NCBI GenBank assembly: GCA_963710755.1
Contig: CAVQBK010000013.1
Location: 32,001 to 96,000 of the forward strand
From: an uncultured bacterium
Lineage (GTDB): Bacteria; Oederibacteriota; JAAXVQ01; JAUVAV01
Direction: 5' to 3'
Length of the DNA stretch: 64,000 bases
The translations under genes were made by a program, and so were the position numbers. Position 1 is the stretch's first letter. Every line of letters begins with the position of its first letter. The notes under the pieces are model-generated. The model did no database searches and was not told where the DNA came from. It was given only the letters and a program-made list of their open reading frames with translations. Shown here one piece after another: positions 57,842 through 64,000 of this stretch.

Positions 57842-58813
57842 ATGATGAGACTCAGAATAAATCTGATAAAACGAAAAGCGTATTATCTAGAAGCCATGCT
57901 GATTTTGTTTTTGCTGGGAGGTCCAAGTTTCCAAGGTTATATGACAATGCCCAAAACCAACCAATCCTTATGGCCCACCACAGAAGTGAAGCCAAAGGCA
58001 GACATGTCCTCGCCCCATCAACAGATGCTCCAGGCTTTCAAAAGCAATAACTATGTGGTGATCAACAATATTTTCGATAATCTGCACAGCGACTGGCCTA
58101 TTGATTACATTAAAGCCGTGGCCTGGGTGGAGAGCGGTTGGAAACAATTCGACCGTAGGGGTCGGCCCATGGTGAGTTATGTCAGAACCAATCCTGCTGA
58201 TTATCCGCATGACGGCGGTGACTGGGGCATCATGCAGATTAATCTGGGCAGAGGTGGGTTGAACAGAAACAACTGGAATATTGACAAGGTGAAACAAGAT
58301 CCCCTGTACAACATCAAAGCCGGTATGTCTGTTTTGGACAGCAAGAAGAAATATCTGTGGCGGTTGAAGCAGCGTGATGATTGGCAGGACCTGCAGTCCC
58401 GGTATAATCTCCATGGACGCAGCCATATGGCCATGGTGCTCAAAGCTTACAATGGTATGCAGCCCTCATGGTCTTACGTGCTGCGCGTGGAAGAGGCCCT
58501 GAAAACCAAACCCTGGATGGCGGCCATCAAGCGCCAAGCCGCCCTGAATCCTGTGCGTGTCACCCTGCTGACCGAAACCACACCGACCGACCATGCCCGT
58601 CAATCCCGAGGACTCATGCCCAGACAGTGGTTTATTTTCCCCAATACCATTGCCGGTCATGAGCGTGAGCAGTATATGGCTATTAGTAATGCCATTCAAA
58701 GCAACCACTATTTTGTCATTCACATTCAGGACAAACCCCTGGCCAAGCACCCTGGCCGCAAACAGGTTCCTCATCACAAGGTGCATAACCATACCCGCTA
58801 TGCGGAACGGTGA
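57842..58813 (+). CDS. Lytic transglycosylase (SLT/lysozyme-like) domain protein
   Basis: AVAWVESG, WGIMQIN, YNIKAG, AYNG. Confidence 0.8.
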   Translation: MMRLRINLIKRKAYYLEAMLILFLLGGPSFQGYMTMPKTNQSLWPTTEVKPKADMSSPHQQMLQAFKSNNYVVINNIFDNLHSDWPIDYIKAVAWVESGWKQFDRRGRPMVSYVRTNPADYPHDGGDWGIMQINLGRGGLNRNNWNIDKVKQDPLYNIKAGMSVLDSKKKYLWRLKQRDDWQDLQSRYNLHGRSHMAMVLKAYNGMQPSWSYVLRVEEALKTKPWMAAIKRQAALNPVRVTLLTETTPTDHARQSRGLMPRQWFIFPNTIAGHEREQYMAISNAIQSNHYFVIHIQDKPLAKHPGRKQVPHHKVHNHTRYAER

Positions 58814-58831
58814 GGATAAGTGCCGATATTC

Positions 58832-60175
58832 CTAGGCTTTTTGCTTAGCCGTTTCTTTGACCATCGTCATTAATAGCACCATGGAGATCAAGGCCACCAA
58901 AGCGCCAAAACCAAAGGCCACCAAGCCGCCGTAACCTGGATAAAGATGATCAAAGAAACTGTATAAGAATCCAAAAATCAGGCTGGCCGGCAGGGCGCCC
59001 AGTCCAATGGCGAAATTGTACATGCCAAAGGCACTGCCCCGTCGTTGTTCCCCCACCATATCGGCGACAAAAGCTTTTTCCGCGCCTTCCGTAAAAGCAT
59101 AGTACAGGGCGTAAACCGCAAAGAGGATAAACGTGGCCAATACCTGCCAATGGGACGGTAAAAAAATCAACAAGGCGAAGGCACTATACACCAAAGCATA
59201 GACCGCCCAGCCGATGTTAATCACAATTTTGCGGCCAATGCGATCGGAGAGTGCGCCAAAGGGCGTGGAAAAAATCACTTTGATCACATGAAAAAAGGCC
59301 CAGATGAGGGGCAAAAACAGAATATTGATGACCTCGGCTTGGGTTTTAACATTTCCAAACCCGGCCACCAATTGTTGCAGCATGGGGATGGAATCCACCA
59401 ATTTGACCACTGCCCCGCTTCTGTGGATGGCTTCTTCCACCCGAAACAGCAAAAAAGCATCCGACGAATTGCCCAAGGTAAACAGAGTCACCACCATCAG
59501 ATAATGAAGGAAGTTCCTGTCGAATTGTTTGAGTGAAAATTTAAAGACTTTTGCTTTACCCGCGGCGGGAGCGGTTTCACGGACAAAAAAGATAATGGTC
59601 ATAATCGCCAACAGGCCCGGTATAAGGGATAGGAAAAAGGTCCAGCGCAACGTCAGCAGCACGTTGTGCATATGAAACCCCACCAACAGTACCAGCAACA
59701 CGGCAATGGCCATGAAAGGACCAATCACCGCCCCGGCGTGATCCATGGCCCGGTGAAATCCATAGGATTTGCCGCGGCTATCTTCGCTGACCACGGAAGC
59801 AATTAGAGCATCACGGGGCGCTGTGCGGATGCCTTTGCCCACCCGGTCGAGCATGCGCACAAAAATAATCTGCCAGGCAGCCGACACCAGACCGGTCAAA
59901 GGCCTGATCAAGGAAGACAAACCGTATCCAATCAGCACCAACAGTTTTCTTTTGGCCAATTTGTCCGATAAAACACCCCCCGCCAGCTTAAGCATGGCAG
60001 CCGTGGTCTCGGCCACGCCTTCGATCACGCCAAGGATGATAGCGCCTGCGCCCAGCCCGGCCACGTAAATGGGAATGAGCGGATAGATCATCTCCGTGGC
60101 TGCATCGGTAAACAAACTCACCAAACCCAGCATGACCACGGTAAAGGGAATGGTTTTTTTTACTTGATTATTCAT
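58832..60175 (-). CDS. MFS transporter
   Basis: SLFTD.ATEMIYP, DRVGKGIRTAPRDA, LSDRIGRK. Confidence 0.93.
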   Translation of the reverse strand: MNNQVKKTIPFTVVMLGLVSLFTDAATEMIYPLIPIYVAGLGAGAIILGVIEGVAETTAAMLKLAGGVLSDKLAKRKLLVLIGYGLSSLIRPLTGLVSAAWQIIFVRMLDRVGKGIRTAPRDALIASVVSEDSRGKSYGFHRAMDHAGAVIGPFMAIAVLLVLLVGFHMHNVLLTLRWTFFLSLIPGLLAIMTIIFFVRETAPAAGKAKVFKFSLKQFDRNFLHYLMVVTLFTLGNSSDAFLLFRVEEAIHRSGAVVKLVDSIPMLQQLVAGFGNVKTQAEVINILFLPLIWAFFHVIKVIFSTPFGALSDRIGRKIVINIGWAVYALVYSAFALLIFLPSHWQVLATFILFAVYALYYAFTEGAEKAFVADMVGEQRRGSAFGMYNFAIGLGALPASLIFGFLYSFFDHLYPGYGGLVAFGFGALVALISMVLLMTMVKETAKQKA

Positions 60176-60287
60176 TGAAAACGCCCCTTTTTGAATTGAT
60201 CCTGCTGTTCCTTAATCAATACCCGGGGGATACATTACCCAGACCGATAAAGGAACTAGATGATGTGATGGTCGCAAACTTATAGTC

Positions 60288-62198
60288 CTATATAGCTTGC
60301 CCCAAAAACTGGGCCTGATAAAGCTCAGCGTAGAACCCTTTTTTATCGAGTAATTCCTGATGAGAACCGGTTTCCACAATCTTACCTTCATTCATGACCA
60401 GAATGGTCTGGGCATCGCGGATAGTGGAAAGCCGGTGGGCAATGACAAAAGAGGTCCTGCCCTCCATCAAGGTCTGCATAGCCTGTTGGATGAGCAGTTC
60501 GGTGCGCGTATCCACATTGGACGTGGCCTCATCCAGAATTAGGATCTTGGGATCCGCCAGCAGGGCCCGAGCCAGGGTAATCAACTGTTTTTCCCCGGCT
60601 GATATATTGGCCGCCTCTTCATTTAATAAGGTCTGATAACCGTCGGGAAGGGCTCGGATAAAGTGGTCAGCATGAGCGGCCTGGGCCGCGGCCACGATGG
60701 CTTCCTGGGTGGCACCGGGCCGGCCATAGGCAATGTTGTCACCAATAGTGCCCTGAAAAAGCCAGGAATCTTGCAATACCATGCCAAAATGACGGCGCAA
60801 GACACTGCGGCGATAGTCCTGGATATTGTGATCATTGACCTCGATGACGCCACCCCCAATGTCATAAAAGCGCATGAGCAGATTGACCAAGGTGGTTTTG
60901 CCGGCACCTGTAGGCCCTACAATGGCCACGGTCTGGCCGGGCTTCACGGCCAGGTTAAGATTTTCAAACAAAGGCTTTTCCGGCAGGTAGCCAAAGCGCA
61001 CCTTATCCAAGAGCACCCCGCCCTCCCCTTCTATCTGCGTCAGGGTATCGCCTGCATCAGCCGGTTCTTCCTGCTCGTCGAGGATCTGGAAGATACGCTC
61101 ACCCGAGGCCACGGCGGACTGGAGCAAATTGATCATAGCCGCGCTCTGAGCCACGGGTTGGGTGAACATGCGGATATATTGAATAAACGCCTGCACATCC
61201 CCCAAGGTGAGGGTGCGCTTGGCCACCATCATGCCCCCGGCCACGCACACGGCCACATAGCCCAGGTTGCTGATAAAATTCATGAGTGGAAATATAAAAC
61301 CCGAAATGAACTGCGCCTTCCAACCGGCATCGTAAAGGCGCTGATTGATATCCTCGAAGCGCGCCAGGGATTGGGCTTCATAGCCAAAGGCCTTGACCAC
61401 GCCATGGCCGCTGAGCATTTCCTCCACATGGCCGTTAAGCTCGCCCAGGGACCGCTGCTGGGCAATGAAATAACGCTGCGAGGTACGGGCAATAAGCATG
61501 GTGGCCAGAAAGGACAGAGGCAGGGTAATGATGGTGATTAAAAACAACATGGGACTGATAATGAGCATCATGGTCGAAGCGCCCAGAATACCGATCGCCG
61601 ACGAGATCAACTGCGGCAGACCTTGCTGCAGGATATTGTTGATGTTATCCACATCATTGGTGGCCCGGCTCATAATGTCACCGTGGCTGTGTCCGTCGTA
61701 AAACTTAAGCGGCAGGCGGGCCAGTTTTTCATCGATGTGCTTGCGCAGGAGATATACGGTTTTTTGCGCGATCACCGCCAGGGAACGCTGCACAATATAA
61801 GTAAAAGAGGCACTAAGCGTATACAAGCCCACCAAAGCCAACAACACGCGGATCAGGTAATGATGGTCAATCCTGGCCCCGGCCACATGGCCCAGCAGGT
61901 CCGTGGTTTCCTTGAAAAGCCGGGTAATGGCCAGACCAAGCACTTTGGGCGCCACCGTGGTCAGCAGGGTGCTGATGACCATGAGTCCAAAAAGCAGCAG
62001 CAACTGCCCGGCATAGGGGCGCAGATAAGCAGCCAGCCGTTTGACCGTGCCTTTAAAATCCTTGGCTTTTTCCGCGGGCCTGCCCAAGGTACGCATATGC
62101 CCGCCGCCACCTGGTCCGGCCCCGCCGAACATACCCCGGCCCTGAGGGGACGAAGACGATGGTTTGTTACCTCCTGAGGAAGGCGGTTGGGGGCTCAT
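60288..62198 (-). CDS. Heterodimeric ABC exporter, TMD-NBD subunit
   Basis: GPTGAGKTT, ILDEATS, IAHRLST. Confidence 0.95.
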   Translation of the reverse strand: MSPQPPSSGGNKPSSSSPQGRGMFGGAGPGGGGHMRTLGRPAEKAKDFKGTVKRLAAYLRPYAGQLLLLFGLMVISTLLTTVAPKVLGLAITRLFKETTDLLGHVAGARIDHHYLIRVLLALVGLYTLSASFTYIVQRSLAVIAQKTVYLLRKHIDEKLARLPLKFYDGHSHGDIMSRATNDVDNINNILQQGLPQLISSAIGILGASTMMLIISPMLFLITIITLPLSFLATMLIARTSQRYFIAQQRSLGELNGHVEEMLSGHGVVKAFGYEAQSLARFEDINQRLYDAGWKAQFISGFIFPLMNFISNLGYVAVCVAGGMMVAKRTLTLGDVQAFIQYIRMFTQPVAQSAAMINLLQSAVASGERIFQILDEQEEPADAGDTLTQIEGEGGVLLDKVRFGYLPEKPLFENLNLAVKPGQTVAIVGPTGAGKTTLVNLLMRFYDIGGGVIEVNDHNIQDYRRSVLRRHFGMVLQDSWLFQGTIGDNIAYGRPGATQEAIVAAAQAAHADHFIRALPDGYQTLLNEEAANISAGEKQLITLARALLADPKILILDEATSNVDTRTELLIQQAMQTLMEGRTSFVIAHRLSTIRDAQTILVMNEGKIVETGSHQELLDKKGFYAELYQAQFLGQAI

Positions 62199-63922
62199 GC
62201 CAATTCCTCCTGGGAAAGCTGGGAGTAAACAATTTCCTTGTATACCGGACAGGTGGCCATCAGTTCCTGATGGCGGCCTTGGCCGACCACGCGGCCTTCA
62301 TCGAGTACCAGGATCTGCTCGGCATTCATGACCGTCGTGACCCGCTGGGCCACCATGAGCACTGCGGTGCTGGTCAGCTCCCGGCGCAAGGCCTGGCGCA
62401 AAGCAGCATCGGTTTTAAAATCAAGCGCGGAAAAACAATCGTCAAAAATATAAATTTCCGGCCGGCGCACCAAGGCCCGGGCAATGGCGAGGCGCTGTTT
62501 CTGGCCGCCCGATAGGTTGGCCCCGCCGCGGACCAGCAGAGCGTCAAGACCCCCGTCCATAGCCTCAATAAAAGCCCAGGCCTGGGCGGTCTTGGCTGCT
62601 GCCATCAGTTCTTCATCCGTGGCCTCTTCCCGGCCGAAGCGCAGATTGTCTCGCACCGTGCCTGTAAAAAGCGTGGCTTTTTGAGGTACATAACCAATTT
62701 TGCGGCGAAGCTGTTCCAGATTCAGCTCCCGCACATCCACACCGTCCAGATGAATGGCACCGCTGCTGACATCATAAAAACGGGGCAACAGGCTGACCAA
62801 GGTGGATTTGCCTGAACCCGTACTGCCGATGATAGCCGTAATCTGGCCGGCACCGGCGCTGAAGGAAATGTTCTCCAAAGCCGGCTCTTCCGCCCCGGGA
62901 TAATGGAAGAAAACCTTGTCAAAAACAACGGTTTCTTTTGCCAAGGCAGGCGTTTTGACTGTAGGCGGGCTTATAATTTCAGGCTGCAGGTCAAGCACTT
63001 CATTGATTCTTCCAGCAGAGACCTGAGCACGGGGAATCATGATAAACAGCATAGACACCATCATCAGGGCAAAGAGGATTTGCAAAGCATACTGAATAAA
63101 GGCCATGATATCGCCCACGTGCATCTGTCCGGCTTCGGCCCGCAGGCTGCCGAACCAGACAATGGCAATGACCGTAAAATTCATAATCACCATCATGACC
63201 GGCATAAGCACGGTCATTAGTCTGGCCAGGGAAAGCCCGGTGGTCGTAAGATCGGCGTTGGCGGTGTCAAAGCGCTCTTGTTCAAAACCCACACGGTCAA
63301 AGGCCCGCACCACGCGTACACCGGACAGCTTTTCCCGAATAACCAGATTGAGACGGTCTAGTTTTTTTTGCATAGCCCGGAAAAGGGGTACGCCCCGGCT
63401 GGCAATGAAAAACAAAACACCGGCCAGGACAGGGATGGCCACAAAGAATACCAGGGCCAGTGTGCGGTCATGGAGAAAGGCCATGACAATGCCACCGATG
63501 CCCATGATGGGCGCGCGCACGAAAATGCCTAGCATCATGGTCACGGTTTGCTGTACTTGATTGACATCATTGGTGGTTCTCGTAATCAGGGAGGCCGCGC
63601 CTATGCGGTCGAACTCCTTGAAGGAGTAGCCTTCCACCCGTCTGAACAGATGGAGCCGCAGGGTGCGGCTGAACCCGAGGGCCACACGGGAGGAATTATA
63701 GCTGCCGATGAACGCGCAGGTAATGCCGCCCATGGCCACGGCCAGCATAAGCATGCCGGTTCTAAGGATATAGGCCATATCGGCCTGCACAATGCCGATA
63801 TTGACTATATTAGCCATCAGGGCAGGCAGATAGAGGTCGGCCATGGCCGATGTGAACAACATGACAAAGATCAACAGCATGTTGGGCAGGTAAGGTTTTA
63901 ATTGTCGAAACAACTTCAGCAT
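62195..63922 (-). CDS. Heterodimeric ABC exporter, TMD-NBD subunit (degenerate Walker B)
   Basis: GSTGSGKST, LSGGQKQR, FDDCFSALD, VAQR; ATGA overlap with partner. Confidence 0.95.
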   Translation of the reverse strand: MLKLFRQLKPYLPNMLLIFVMLFTSAMADLYLPALMANIVNIGIVQADMAYILRTGMLMLAVAMGGITCAFIGSYNSSRVALGFSRTLRLHLFRRVEGYSFKEFDRIGAASLITRTTNDVNQVQQTVTMMLGIFVRAPIMGIGGIVMAFLHDRTLALVFFVAIPVLAGVLFFIASRGVPLFRAMQKKLDRLNLVIREKLSGVRVVRAFDRVGFEQERFDTANADLTTTGLSLARLMTVLMPVMMVIMNFTVIAIVWFGSLRAEAGQMHVGDIMAFIQYALQILFALMMVSMLFIMIPRAQVSAGRINEVLDLQPEIISPPTVKTPALAKETVVFDKVFFHYPGAEEPALENISFSAGAGQITAIIGSTGSGKSTLVSLLPRFYDVSSGAIHLDGVDVRELNLEQLRRKIGYVPQKATLFTGTVRDNLRFGREEATDEELMAAAKTAQAWAFIEAMDGGLDALLVRGGANLSGGQKQRLAIARALVRRPEIYIFDDCFSALDFKTDAALRQALRRELTSTAVLMVAQRVTTVMNAEQILVLDEGRVVGQGRHQELMATCPVYKEIVYSQLSQEELA

Positions 63923-64000
63923 GGAAGTGCAGGCCTTTCAGGTTGGCTGATGAACTAGGGCTATATCTCGCAAATGAGGTGAATAGTTTGGTTGCCATCC

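Noticed and set aside
63923-64000. Possible 3' end of an upstream gene
   Set aside because: Too little sequence to support a call.

Overview
About 64 kb of a diderm bacterial chromosome (~50% GC, standard code). The T/P/S-stalked secreted proteins with a YPNP...WDGKD C-terminal domain and a giant signal-peptide fusion protein resemble uncultured lineages such as FCPU426, Elusimicrobiota or Omnitrophota; this taxonomic hint is inference only. In order: end of an ars operon (acr3, arsC), a three-gene HEPN-like operon, a 5'-truncated GH13 gene abutting an inverted-repeat-bounded RAYT transposase, glgX, tatAC with Fe-S cargo genes, a DEAD-box helicase, a gap / sugar porter / GH15 operon preceded by a 1654-aa fusion (putative Tiki/EreA-like domain + TreT-like glycosyltransferase), three modular beta-propeller surface proteins, a type III PKS cluster, ABC-F, DUF134-NifX, a Lol-like ABC exporter, a frameshifted HEPN-MNT module, an SLT, an MFS and an ABC exporter pair. 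Best leads: (1) the giant exported TreT fusion beside trehalose-type catabolic genes; (2) a TatC lacking the conserved E103-equivalent, co-encoded with cargo bearing single-arginine Tat motifs; (3) nested palindromic elements and the IR-bounded RAYT. No rRNA, tRNA or CRISPR array was recognised. All product calls come from motif recognition by eye, not database searches.
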